A stretch of DNA of 64,000 nucleotides from an uncultured Gemmatimonadota bacterium (GCA_913043255.1 CAJWLK010000009.1:27706-91705), one strand, 5' to 3'; positions 52,189 through 62,521 are shown, counted from the first letter of the stretch. Notes: generated by a model from the sequence alone, not told the origin. A program made the numbers and translations.

Positions 52189-53550
52189 CTACCGAAAGGC
52201 ACTCTGGAGCGCCAGGGTCCACATCATATCGGGACGCAAACCGACGTTACGAACTGGGACTAGGGCGTTTGTAACGAGTAGCATGTCACTGCCGATTCGG
52301 AACTTGAGACCGACGGCCATATCCAATGCACGGCGGCTCTTGGGGTTGCTCAAGCCAGGAATCGAGCTTGGCTCAATCATAATCTGCGGATCATAGAAAG
52401 TTGCTGCCCGTTCCCGAGGAAGACTGATCTGCCCTGGATGAGCATACTTCGGGACATCGTGCTCCCACTGCGATATAAGATCCAGTGCAAAAGTCATGTG
52501 GTCATTCACATGAGCATCCAAACCTATCGTTCCGAGAAACGCATCGGGCCGGCCATCCCCCTGGCGAAGTAAGTAACCAACGTTGAGGTGGGGAGAGATA
52601 CCCTCCCACCGTCCAGAAACGATTGCAAGCGCCCGGACCATACCTGCCCCTAGGCCCAGAAACTCATCTGCATCTCCTGTGGGGAGTAGCACATCGGCCA
52701 TAAAAGCAGCCCCAACTGTTGATGGAGACTGGTTCCTAGTTGTACCTCCCACAAGATTGATCTTCAGCCTGGCTGAGACGTCTCCAATTCCCGTAGCTGT
52801 ACCATTCACCGAACTCGAGGAATGCATCGCTGGATCGGTGGGCGTGCCTCCAAATCGGTGTTGGTAGGCCGGGTCCAACGCGAGGATCTGCGCGTTGGAC
52901 GTGCCCTTGAGTCTTGTACGAACAACGGGGATTGCCACACCTATATCCATGAAGCTCGTCAGACCAGCGGTGAGCACAGTCGTTGCCATAACCACGTTCA
53001 GATCCAGTGCTGTCCTCACTTGGAAAATATCTCTCTCATCCAAGCGTCTACCAGCCAATGCCGGATCATCGACCGCGGAAAGTGGATGGCTGTTCACGTG
53101 TGCAAAGTTAAAAAGCATCCTGTCGATGGGGGCACCGTTGAAGTTGCTGACGCTGAATGCGCTGGTCTGGAGGCCGACGAAAAACCGTCCTGCACCCAGG
53201 GTCTCAGCGCGTTCTGCAAATATCGGTCCGAACGAAGTAGGGACGAGGTCACCATTTTCATCTTCATACCCGATCAGGTCACCGCCCATGGCCGGCGCCG
53301 GAACAGTACCGAGCATGTTTGAGAATCCGTCTTCGAAGAAAAAGAGCATGGAACCGTTTTGTGCAACGCGATTTGGCGAGTAGTGATCCCCATGCCCGTC
53401 GACAAGATCCAAGCACAGCACTTCACCGCAGGATCCAAAAGTAAACAAATCAGATACGAGTTCACGTAACGATTGGCCGACCACACCTTGCGCTAAAGGC
53501 AGTTGAAAAACAGCCGAAACGTAAAGCATATAAAGAAAACGCTTGATCAT
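52189..53550 (-). CDS. Exported hypothetical protein, probable outer-membrane beta-barrel
   Basis: Signal peptide from ATG 53550, FAERAETLG, GIGDV, amphipathic strands, near-terminal Phe. Confidence 0.6.
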   Translation of the reverse strand: MIKRFLYMLYVSAVFQLPLAQGVVGQSLRELVSDLFTFGSCGEVLCLDLVDGHGDHYSPNRVAQNGSMLFFFEDGFSNMLGTVPAPAMGGDLIGYEDENGDLVPTSFGPIFAERAETLGAGRFFVGLQTSAFSVSNFNGAPIDRMLFNFAHVNSHPLSAVDDPALAGRRLDERDIFQVRTALDLNVVMATTVLTAGLTSFMDIGVAIPVVRTRLKGTSNAQILALDPAYQHRFGGTPTDPAMHSSSSVNGTATGIGDVSARLKINLVGGTTRNQSPSTVGAAFMADVLLPTGDADEFLGLGAGMVRALAIVSGRWEGISPHLNVGYLLRQGDGRPDAFLGTIGLDAHVNDHMTFALDLISQWEHDVPKYAHPGQISLPRERAATFYDPQIMIEPSSIPGLSNPKSRRALDMAVGLKFRIGSDMLLVTNALVPVRNVGLRPDMMWTLALQSAFR

Positions 53551-53736
53551 CCCCACCCCTAACCATGATTGGCGCGGCAAACTACCAGTGTACTGAGAAA
53601 AAGTAGACAAAAGCCTGCACAGCGCAAGAAAGATCCAAGAGCAACAACCTCCCCCTTGACCTCGCGGTCCCTGTAGGAACATTCTCGCCTATGATCTCTC
53701 CAATATCAGCAACTAGTAGCCGCACCTCGCTGCACC

Positions 53737-55509
53737 ATGGGTAGAACGAACCGAGATTCATACGACGTCGTAGTAGTGGGCTCAGGCGCTGGAGGTGGTA
53801 TGGCCGCATACGTGTTGGCTTGCCACGGCGTCCGCGTGCTTATGCTAGAGGCTGGCCGAGACTACGACCCCGTCTCTGAGACTCCGATGTTCCAACTCCC
53901 TAGAGAAGCACCTCTCCGCGGCGCGGCCACGGATGACAAGCCTTTTGGGTTTTATGACGCCACAGTAGATGGCGGTTGGCGTGTACCTGGTGAGCCGTAC
54001 ACAAGCGCGGACGGTGTGAACTTCATGTGGTGGCGCTCACGCATGCTTGGCGGCCGAACAAATCATTGGGGCCGCATATCTCTCCGCATGGGCCCCTATG
54101 ACTTCAAACCTTATAGCCGCGACGGCCATGGGTTTGACTGGCCTATGACATACAAGGATATGGCACCTTGGTACGATAAGACGGAGGCGTTTGTAGGCGT
54201 ATATGGATCTAACGAAGGACTCGAGAACACACCCGATTCTTCGCCAGGCATCCTCCAACCACCACCAGCTCCACGCGCGTATGAATTGCTGACGCAGAAG
54301 GCATGCAAAGGGCTTGATATTCCCACGGTGCCAGCACACCTCGCTATTCTTACCGAGCGGCAGGACGCCGATCGTCTCTCAAAATTCCTCTGGCCCAATA
54401 ACCCGTTAGCACAAAGAGTGACACGTGAATCCATGCAAGACCGTGCAGCATGTTACTGGGCGACACCTTGTGGTCGAGGATGCTCAATAAAGGCAAATTT
54501 TCAGTCACCCACAGTCTGCCTGCCGCCTGCGTTAGCCACAGGAAATCTCACGATTGTTACCAACGCCATGGTGCGTGAGGTGATGATTGATCGAAAGGGA
54601 CGAGCGACCGGCGTTCACTACATTGATAAAGAAACACGGACAGACCAGGAAGCCCGTGCAGATGTTGTGATACTCGCTGCCAGTGCGTGCGAATCCGCAC
54701 GGATCCTGCTGAACTCGAAGTCCTCTCTTTTCATGGATGGGCTCGCAAATAACAGTGGCCTCGTAGGCAAATACCTCATGGACACGGTGGGAGCAGGCGT
54801 CTCCGGACAGATTCCGGCACTAGAGAATCTTCCCCGCCACCCGGAGGAAGGGGCTTCAGCCCTGCACATGTACATGCCATGGTGGCTATACGATCAGGAA
54901 CTCGACTTTGCACGGGGGTACCATATCGAATTTGGTGGAGGGCAGCGCATGCCAGGCTTTGGAGCGTTCAGCGGTATCGAACCTCTTACTGAGGGCGCAT
55001 ATGGCCAGAAGTTCAAGGAGGAGTGCCGTCGATACTACGGCTCTTTCATGTACTTCGACGGTCGCGGCGAAATGATCCCAAATGAAGATTGTTACTGCGA
55101 GATCGACCCGGACGTTGTGGATGAGTGGGGCATCCCTGTACTCAAGTTCCATTGGAAGTGGTCAGATCATGAGATCCATCAAGCGCGCCACATGCACCAG
55201 ACCTTCGCTGAAATTTTTGAGGCTATGGGTGGACGCGTTCTATCAAACGTCGAAACGGATGGGGCACGTGCAATCCTCGCCCCTGGCCAAATCATCCACG
55301 AGGTTGGGTGCACACGTATGGGTGATGATCCTTCACATTCAGTGGTCAATCAGTACTGTCAGTCGTGGGATGTGCCTAACCTATTTGTGATGGACGGTGG
55401 TCCATTTGTATCAAACGCGGACAAGAACCCCACACTTTCCATTATGGCAATTGCCTGGCGCTCATCAGAGTATCTTGTCGAACAACTCCGACATAGGAGT
55501 TTTCGATGA
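53737..55509 (+). CDS. GMC oxidoreductase large subunit (glycoside 3-dehydrogenase-like)
   Basis: VVGSGAGG, MLGGRTNHWGR, Cx5Cx3C (CYWATPCGRGC), IHEVG, KNPTL. Confidence 0.9.
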   Translation: MGRTNRDSYDVVVVGSGAGGGMAAYVLACHGVRVLMLEAGRDYDPVSETPMFQLPREAPLRGAATDDKPFGFYDATVDGGWRVPGEPYTSADGVNFMWWRSRMLGGRTNHWGRISLRMGPYDFKPYSRDGHGFDWPMTYKDMAPWYDKTEAFVGVYGSNEGLENTPDSSPGILQPPPAPRAYELLTQKACKGLDIPTVPAHLAILTERQDADRLSKFLWPNNPLAQRVTRESMQDRAACYWATPCGRGCSIKANFQSPTVCLPPALATGNLTIVTNAMVREVMIDRKGRATGVHYIDKETRTDQEARADVVILAASACESARILLNSKSSLFMDGLANNSGLVGKYLMDTVGAGVSGQIPALENLPRHPEEGASALHMYMPWWLYDQELDFARGYHIEFGGGQRMPGFGAFSGIEPLTEGAYGQKFKEECRRYYGSFMYFDGRGEMIPNEDCYCEIDPDVVDEWGIPVLKFHWKWSDHEIHQARHMHQTFAEIFEAMGGRVLSNVETDGARAILAPGQIIHEVGCTRMGDDPSHSVVNQYCQSWDVPNLFVMDGGPFVSNADKNPTLSIMAIAWRSSEYLVEQLRHRSFR

Positions 55510-56261
55510 ACCGCGACGAAATGAGGCTGCCCCACCCTGCTGAAAAAGCGGAGCATTTCTCAGAGAAAAGCGGGGTTGAGATCAACACATCAAAATTGAA
55601 ACGAGGAGTCACGCGTCGCCGTGCACTAAAGGTATTGGCTGCTGGGGCTGCCGGGGCCGCAGCCCTTCAATCCACTGGTTGCATAGACGAATCAGAGACT
55701 GCGCCCAACACCGGAGCTTTCGGAGAAACCACGGGCAGAAAACCACGCGCTGCCGGCACCTCGACGGACCCGAACCTCATCACTCCAGTTGTTCCCTGGG
55801 ACCTCGTATTAACAAAAGAAGAGCTAGAAACACTCGCTGCATTGTGCGATGTCATCATCCCTGGCGACGCACGATCTCCCAGTGCTTCGACGGTCGATGC
55901 ACACGGCTTTATCGACGAATGGGTGAGTGCACCGTACGAAGGGAACCAGAATGACTTAGTGATAGTACGTGGAGGGTTAGTATGGCTCGGTGTTGAGTCG
56001 ACGAACCGATTTGGACGCCGGTTCGTCGAGATCGGACCAAATGAAAAAGCGGAAATTTGCGATGATATTTGTTACGAACCAAATGCTGCTCCTGAGTTCA
56101 AGGTGGCCGCACGCTTCTTCGATAAGGTTCGAGATCTCACATCGACAGCGTTTTGGACAACGGATGAGGGAATGGCTGATCTCGGATTTGTTGGTAACCG
56201 CCCAATGCCTAGCTTCGAGGGTCCGCCTCCGGAAGTCCTGCGTCTTTTGAGACTCATATAA
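55506..56261 (+). CDS. Gluconate 2-dehydrogenase subunit 3 family (Tat hitch-hiker small subunit)
   Basis: TRRRALK Tat motif, LCDVIIP, FIDEWV, FWT...DLGFVGN. Confidence 0.88.
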   Translation: MNRDEMRLPHPAEKAEHFSEKSGVEINTSKLKRGVTRRRALKVLAAGAAGAAALQSTGCIDESETAPNTGAFGETTGRKPRAAGTSTDPNLITPVVPWDLVLTKEELETLAALCDVIIPGDARSPSASTVDAHGFIDEWVSAPYEGNQNDLVIVRGGLVWLGVESTNRFGRRFVEIGPNEKAEICDDICYEPNAAPEFKVAARFFDKVRDLTSTAFWTTDEGMADLGFVGNRPMPSFEGPPPEVLRLLRLI

Positions 56262-56287
56262 GAGTCGTATTCCAGGAGATCCTCACC

Positions 56288-57634
56288 ATGCCAGAGCATA
56301 TTTTTTCACGAAGGCAGTTTGTCCGAACATCGTCTGTCGCGGGCGCGGGCTTCACGATTATGCCGAGACGCGTATTCGGTGGCCCAAAGTACCGGGCGCC
56401 TAGCGACACACTCAACGTGGCACACATCGGCGTGGGAGGGATGGGTCGCGGTGATGTCCAGGGAATGGCTAATGCCGGCGAAAACATCTACGCACTATGT
56501 GATGTTGACGATAATCAAGCCTCTTCTGCATGGAGCGCGTTTCCGCAAGCGAAGCGATACCGTGACTTCCGTGTCATGCTGGAACATGAAGCCGAGAATA
56601 TCGACGCAGTCGTGATCTCTACGCCGGATCACACACATGCGGTCGCTGGGATGATGGCCCTGTCGTTGGGTAAGCCAACCCGAATTCAAAAACCTCTGGC
56701 CAGAACAATGTGGGAAGTACAACAATTGATGTCCGCTGCGGAAGTTGCCGGTGTCGCCACGCAAATGGGGAACCAAGGCCACGCACAAGAAGGTACACGT
56801 CAGATGCGTGAATGGTACGAGGCCGGGGCAATTGGGGAGATTCTCCGTGTTGAGTATTGGACGAACAGACCGATTTGGCCCCAGGCTATCCATCGTCCTA
56901 CTGATGTACACCATGTACCTCCCGGATTGGACTGGGACCTTTGGTTGGGCCCAGCACCGGAACGCCCTTATCATCCAGCCTACGCTCCGTTCAACTGGCG
57001 TGGGTGGTGGGACTTTGGGACCGGCGCCCTCGGTGACATCGCTTGTCACGCAATGGATGCTGCATTCTGGACCTTCGACCTACGAATGCCCGAACGAATA
57101 TCTGCCGAATCAACAACATTGTTCTCAGAGACGGCACCGGCATCATCACGAATTGAATACAGCTTCCCAATCCGCGGTTCTCGGCCAGCTGTAGAGGTGG
57201 TATGGCGCGACGGAAACTTGTCACCACCTAGGCCTGAGGAGATCTCTAACGAGGCCACCTGGCCACTAGAACCAAGCGGCCAATTATGGATCGGGACCGA
57301 CGGAAAGATGTTTGCGGGCATTTATGGGGAAAACCCACGACTGCTTGATGATGAACGAGACCGAGAGATCAGAAACAATCCGCCCCCACAGAAGTATCCG
57401 CGCACTGGTGGCGTCTATGCCGAATTTGCCAATGCTTGTAAGGAAGGCCCGGATGCAGGATCCAACTTTGTCGAACATGCAGGACCACTCACTGAAATGG
57501 TGTTACTCGGGAACCTGGCCGTGCGAACATCGGGAGAGATCAGGCTCAATCCCTCGACCGGTGAAATTCTAAACGGCGAATCGGTTCCAGGTGCCTACAT
57601 CCGGTCGCCGTATCGACGAGAGTGGGTCTTTTAG
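56288..57634 (+). CDS. Tat-exported Gfo/Idh/MocA oxidoreductase
   Basis: SRRQFV, IGVGGMG, STPDHTH, QKPL, WDLWLGPAP, GALGDIACH. Confidence 0.92.
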   Translation: MPEHIFSRRQFVRTSSVAGAGFTIMPRRVFGGPKYRAPSDTLNVAHIGVGGMGRGDVQGMANAGENIYALCDVDDNQASSAWSAFPQAKRYRDFRVMLEHEAENIDAVVISTPDHTHAVAGMMALSLGKPTRIQKPLARTMWEVQQLMSAAEVAGVATQMGNQGHAQEGTRQMREWYEAGAIGEILRVEYWTNRPIWPQAIHRPTDVHHVPPGLDWDLWLGPAPERPYHPAYAPFNWRGWWDFGTGALGDIACHAMDAAFWTFDLRMPERISAESTTLFSETAPASSRIEYSFPIRGSRPAVEVVWRDGNLSPPRPEEISNEATWPLEPSGQLWIGTDGKMFAGIYGENPRLLDDERDREIRNNPPPQKYPRTGGVYAEFANACKEGPDAGSNFVEHAGPLTEMVLLGNLAVRTSGEIRLNPSTGEILNGESVPGAYIRSPYRREWVF

Positions 57635-57688
57635 GGTTTACGCGAAGAGTCTTCACGGTTAGAACCATATACTCCAAGGTACAATTGA

Positions 57689-58633
57689 TTGATGCGTCTC
57701 ACGCTTGCCATTCTCGCAGCCGGTCGCTCACAGCGGTTCGGGCGACCCAAGCAACTAGAGCCGGTGGGGCCCAATAGCGAATCTCTCTTTGAGTACACGG
57801 TATACGACGCAATCCGTCTTGGCTGCGACCGTGTTGTATTTGTCCTTCCACCTCACGGCAAAGATTTTATTCAGGCTGCTATCACGAACCGCCTAGCCCG
57901 CTCCATTCCTATCGAATTCATCTCACAGGATCTAAAGGACGTTCCATGCGGGTTTCAGCTTCCGCCGGAAAGGTGTAAACCGTGGGGAACCGCCCACGCG
58001 GTACTCGCACTGCGTAATGTGGTGCAAGAACCCTTTCTGTTAGCCAACGCAGATGATTTCTATGGACCCCAAGGTATACGGAGTTTAGCCTATCGAATTC
58101 GCACTGCCGCCTCGGCTGACGACCCATCCCATTTTTTAGTTGGTTATGAGGTCCAAAGCACAAGCATTTCCAGCAAACGTGGAGTTAATCGGGGACTCTG
58201 TAAAATCGATGAAGCTCTTACACTAGAGCAACTCGAGGAAATCTTCGACGTACGAGAAATCGATGGAGTGTTCTTGGGTTATAAAAGAAACGGCGAAGAA
58301 ATAATGATCCCCTCCAACGGCCTGTGTTCAATGAATTTATGGGCATTCCAATCGTCCATCTTTGAGTGCTTAGCTGAAGAGTTTGTGCGGTTTCAGGAAT
58401 ACTCAGACAATCTAGTTAAAAGCGAATTCCTGCTCAGCCAGACTGTGAGCCAACTGATTTCAACGGCACGCGCTAACGTGCAGATCGTTCCCACCTCCGA
58501 CCGTGCTATTGGACTTACACACCCCGCAGACTTAGCGAGTGTAAAATCGGCGCTACGCCTGGCGGTGGCCAATGGAGACTACCCAGACGACCTGGGGACA
58601 TGGTTCAGTGAACGGAGCGAGCGGTGCAGCTAA
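57689..58633 (+). CDS. Sugar-1-phosphate nucleotidyltransferase (single domain)
   Basis: ILAAGRSQRFGRPKQ, KPWGTAHA, NADDFYG, SMNLWAF. Confidence 0.85.
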   Translation: MMRLTLAILAAGRSQRFGRPKQLEPVGPNSESLFEYTVYDAIRLGCDRVVFVLPPHGKDFIQAAITNRLARSIPIEFISQDLKDVPCGFQLPPERCKPWGTAHAVLALRNVVQEPFLLANADDFYGPQGIRSLAYRIRTAASADDPSHFLVGYEVQSTSISSKRGVNRGLCKIDEALTLEQLEEIFDVREIDGVFLGYKRNGEEIMIPSNGLCSMNLWAFQSSIFECLAEEFVRFQEYSDNLVKSEFLLSQTVSQLISTARANVQIVPTSDRAIGLTHPADLASVKSALRLAVANGDYPDDLGTWFSERSERCS

Positions 58634-60387
58634 ACGGACTCGACTGGCTGGTCCTCGCAGGCTACGGGGTCGTCGCGCTCGGCGTCGGTCTTTATTTCGC
58701 GAAACGTGCAGGGTCGGGCACCGATGAGTTCTTTCTTGCTGGCCGAAATCTTCCATGGTGGCTGTTAGGCACCTCACTGGTTGCCACAACATTCTCAACT
58801 GATACGCCTAACCTTGTCACGGATTTTGTGCGAAATGGGGGCGTAAGCGGAAACTGGACCTGGTGGACATTCTTGATCACCGGAATGTGTACGACCTTCT
58901 TCTACGCCAAGTTGTGGCGTAGGTCGGGCGTGTTTACCGACATCGGGTTCTACGAGCTACGCTATTCAGGCCGACCCGCCGCGTTCCTTCGCGGATTCCG
59001 TGCGTTGTACCTCGGCGTGTTCTTCAACGTAATAATCATGGCTACCGTCATGTTAGCCGCAATCAAGATTGCCGGCGTAGTGTTAGGTGCAGAGAAGTAC
59101 ACGACCGTATTTGTGGCGGGAACCGTAACGGCTCTCTACTCTGCCACATCGGGCCTGTGGGGTGTGGTTGTAACCGACCTGCTGCTGTTTGCGATTGCCA
59201 TGATCGGATCCATTGCAGCCGCCTATTATGCGCTCTCACATCCAGAGGTGGGCGGGTTATCTGGTCTTATGTCTAACCCGGATATCACCAACAGCCTGGC
59301 GCTTCTTCCCGACTTCCATGACTGGAAAACCGCAACCACGATCTTAATCATTCCGATCGCCGTACAATGGTGGGCCACATGGTACCCCGGTGCAGAGCCA
59401 GGAGGAGGGGGATATGCAGCCCAGCGAATGCTTGCAGCGCGCAACGAACGGGATTCAATGCGTGCTGTCTTGTGGTTCAACGTCGCACACTACGCACTGC
59501 GCCCTTGGCCATGGATTCTCGTAGCCCTCGCGTCCCTGGTGGTCTATCCCACCCTCGACTCGATTGCAGCCGCTTTCCCCAACCTCGACCCCTCGATCAT
59601 TCGGCATGACTTAGCCTATCCAGCCATGCTGGTGTTTCTGCCGCACGGGTTACTAGGCCTTGTTATTGCTTCGCTCGCCGCCGCTTTCATGTCGACAATC
59701 TCCACCCACCTCAACTGGGGGTCATCGTATATCGTCAACGACTACTACCGTCGCTTCATAGCGCCTACGCGGAGCGAGAGACATTACGTCCGCATAGGGC
59801 GGCTCTCCACAGTGGGGTTGGTCCTGCTGGCTTCTATAGTTGCGCTGTGGTTGGAAAATGCGATGCAGGCATTCCAGATCCTACTTCAGATTGGTGCTGG
59901 CACCGGGCTGATCTTTCTACTGCGCTGGTTCTGGTGGCGAATTAACGCCTGGTCGGAGATATCCGCGATGGCAACCTCTTTTTTGGTAGCGTTATGGTTC
60001 CAGTTTGGACATGAACGATTTGGCTTCGCGTCTTTTGACCCGGCCATCCAGCTAGTAGTGGGTGTTGTTGTAACAACAACTGTCTGGGTCACGGTCACCT
60101 ATCGTACACAACCAACGGAGAGCGCTACGCTCCAGTCATTCTACGATCGCATTCGACCTTCTCCAGGTGGGTGGAGGACGGCAGTAAATACTGACATCAC
60201 ATCTTCTGACAACATATCCGCTAGCCTCATGGCTTGGGGACTTGGCTGTCTCTCCGTGTACTCCGCGTTGTTTGGGACCGGGATGTTTCTTTATGGACGA
60301 ACGACTGAGGCGATTGTGTTTATGATCATTTCCATTGCGGCAGGTGCCAACCTGTTCCGGACGCTTTCAAAAATTGGGTTTGAGTAG
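58624..60387 (+). CDS. Sodium:solute symporter (SSS family)
   Basis: FFLAGRNLPWW, ATTFSTDTP, AQRMLAA, AAFMST. Confidence 0.92.
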   Translation: MQLNGLDWLVLAGYGVVALGVGLYFAKRAGSGTDEFFLAGRNLPWWLLGTSLVATTFSTDTPNLVTDFVRNGGVSGNWTWWTFLITGMCTTFFYAKLWRRSGVFTDIGFYELRYSGRPAAFLRGFRALYLGVFFNVIIMATVMLAAIKIAGVVLGAEKYTTVFVAGTVTALYSATSGLWGVVVTDLLLFAIAMIGSIAAAYYALSHPEVGGLSGLMSNPDITNSLALLPDFHDWKTATTILIIPIAVQWWATWYPGAEPGGGGYAAQRMLAARNERDSMRAVLWFNVAHYALRPWPWILVALASLVVYPTLDSIAAAFPNLDPSIIRHDLAYPAMLVFLPHGLLGLVIASLAAAFMSTISTHLNWGSSYIVNDYYRRFIAPTRSERHYVRIGRLSTVGLVLLASIVALWLENAMQAFQILLQIGAGTGLIFLLRWFWWRINAWSEISAMATSFLVALWFQFGHERFGFASFDPAIQLVVGVVVTTTVWVTVTYRTQPTESATLQSFYDRIRPSPGGWRTAVNTDITSSDNISASLMAWGLGCLSVYSALFGTGMFLYGRTTEAIVFMIISIAAGANLFRTLSKIGFE

Positions 60388-60457
60388 AAAGTGAAGAAGG
60401 ACGAAAAATCGCAAGTGGCAGGAGAGCAAAGCATGAGTGTTTTGAAGGCGAAACCTC

Positions 60458-61687
60458 TCAAAGCAAACTAACGGTAGCACCCTCTGAAGGTCGTACTATG
60501 AAAGGGGTTTCATCAGAAAGACCCGCCAAAACATTCTCAATGTTATTCGCCGGGCAGATCGCCACGATGGAACCGCCTAAACCAGCTCCCGTGAGACGGG
60601 CGCCTGAAGCACCTGAATCAAGGGCTGTCTCGACCATGGTATCCAATTGATGAGTACTCACTTCGTAATCGTCCCGCAGACTTCGGTGGGACGCCGTCAA
60701 AAGTTTTCCGAATTGTGCAAGTTTTCCGGCTCGCATTGCCTCTTCGGCACGGGAAACCCGATGGGCTTCGGTCAAGATGTGTCGAAAGCGGCGATAGCTG
60801 GTCGAGTCTAAAAATTTTTTTGATTTTTCGAGGATGTCGTTGTATCCAAGCAGCCCCTTATAAGACCTTAGGCCTTGATCACCGGCCGTTTGGAAGCGAT
60901 TAGGCTCACCGAAGATGCTCCAAGCTTTTTGCGCTGCTCGCCTAGCTTCTTCCGTCCTTTGGTTGTAGACCTGCTGTGCCGCACCCGATTTCTCTGCTTT
61001 GTCTCCACTATGCGCGACGATAAAGCTCCAGTCTGGCGGCACCGGGATAGGAGTTACCGCCAACGGATCGAAATCCACGCGAATGGCACACTCCGAACAA
61101 CCCATAAGACAAGCTGCTTGATCCATGCCTCCACCTGCAGTTCCCACATAACGCTCCCCACGGGCTAGTTTGTCAGCCAACTCTAGGCGGAAACTGGGGT
61201 TGTTCTCGCAAATACGCTCAAGATCATCCCTGCCTGCTGTCACGACCAAGGCCAAAGCTGTCGCAACAACGAGGGCCGATGATGAGCTAAGCCCCATAGC
61301 AAGCGGCAGGTCCGCGTCGACAATAGCATCAAATCCGGGAGGACTTGTTCGGCGAACCGAAAAGTTGCCTGTCAATAACGTCTCTGCTGCCGCACGCACA
61401 TAATTGACCCAGTCTCCAGGTTGACCAGTGACGATAGGGGTTAGTGTGGAGAACTCTGCAGAGGTGAAGCCAGCAACAGTTGTAGCAATCCGGATTTTTT
61501 CTAGATGATTTGGACGTAACGCAAGCCAGACGGCCCGATCAATGGCCATGGGGAGCACTGACAACCCACAATAGTCGATATGTTCACCAATCAGGTTAAC
61601 ACGGCCAGGCACTCGAATGACGTGAGTGGGTGGAGCAGCGTACATATCTTCAAACCGCTCAATAAGCATAGTCCGGTCAAACATCAT
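60458..61687 (-). CDS. galK: GHMP kinase, galactokinase family (GALK2/GalNAc kinase-like)
   Basis: PGRVNLIGEHIDYCG, GLSSSSAL, ERYVGTAGGGMDQ, GARLTGAG. Confidence 0.88.
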   Translation of the reverse strand: MMFDRTMLIERFEDMYAAPPTHVIRVPGRVNLIGEHIDYCGLSVLPMAIDRAVWLALRPNHLEKIRIATTVAGFTSAEFSTLTPIVTGQPGDWVNYVRAAAETLLTGNFSVRRTSPPGFDAIVDADLPLAMGLSSSSALVVATALALVVTAGRDDLERICENNPSFRLELADKLARGERYVGTAGGGMDQAACLMGCSECAIRVDFDPLAVTPIPVPPDWSFIVAHSGDKAEKSGAAQQVYNQRTEEARRAAQKAWSIFGEPNRFQTAGDQGLRSYKGLLGYNDILEKSKKFLDSTSYRRFRHILTEAHRVSRAEEAMRAGKLAQFGKLLTASHRSLRDDYEVSTHQLDTMVETALDSGASGARLTGAGLGGSIVAICPANNIENVLAGLSDETPFIVRPSEGATVSLL

Positions 61688-61703
61688 TCAGACCAGCTAC
61701 CAA

Positions 61704-62498
61704 TCACGGGTCAATCACCAAGTTGTCGATAATAAGCACGTGCCCAGGCGGCCCCCACCCATCTAGGGAGATACGGTCGAGGCCGGTCGCTGCTTCGGCC
61801 AGAACCCGTTCGGAACGAAATTGGCTTCGCCCTGCCGGACGATAACGTGTCGCCACAGTTCGGATAACTGCCGTGTCTTCGATACGGTTACCACGGCTCC
61901 AGACGATGATTTCAAATGGGTCAATCATATCCGGACCGTAGATGGTGAACTCAACCTTCCGAGGACGACCCGGAAAGTCGAGTTGAATCACCCCGACTTC
62001 TAATCCATGCTCCTGAGACAAGGCACCGCCCAGGGCATGTCGCGGCGAGTTAGAGGGTAAAAAATTGCTTGCATCGATTATGTACGGCCGAGTTGAATTT
62101 GCGGTCCAAGAATGGAAAGACAATAACAATCCGCTCACCTCCCACTCATCGGAGACGGGGCAATTAGCGCAGAATGATTTTCCGGGAGGAGGGCTCTCGA
62201 AGTCGATCGTCACGAGTTCACCTATGCCAACTGACGCGTTCTCGGCTACAAGGGCTAGTTCGCCTTCTTGGGAAAGTTCCCCTGCAGGAACTGGTTGCGA
62301 GGTCCGAAACCCATCCGGGAACGTAGCCCTAGCCACCTCGACTAGGCTTTGGCGATCTTCCAAATCGTGCTCTAGGCCTTGATCTGGATTCTCCCATCTA
62401 AGCTGAAATCCTGCAAAACGCAGACTCTTGTAGCTGACAAATACGACAAGAGCAACCACTAAAAACCCAGCGATCCTGCGCAGAACCCTTGGTAACAA
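61704..62498 (-). CDS. Membrane-anchored hypothetical protein with beta-rich domain and CxxC
   Basis: N-terminal TM, TIDFE, FCANCP, ends IIDNLVI; lies between GH109 and the kinase. Confidence 0.7.
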   Translation of the reverse strand: MLPRVLRRIAGFLVVALVVFVSYKSLRFAGFQLRWENPDQGLEHDLEDRQSLVEVARATFPDGFRTSQPVPAGELSQEGELALVAENASVGIGELVTIDFESPPPGKSFCANCPVSDEWEVSGLLLSFHSWTANSTRPYIIDASNFLPSNSPRHALGGALSQEHGLEVGVIQLDFPGRPRKVEFTIYGPDMIDPFEIIVWSRGNRIEDTAVIRTVATRYRPAGRSQFRSERVLAEAATGLDRISLDGWGPPGHVLIIDNLVIDP

Positions 62499-62521
62499 GC
62501 GAGGGCGCCTGTTCCGAATAT

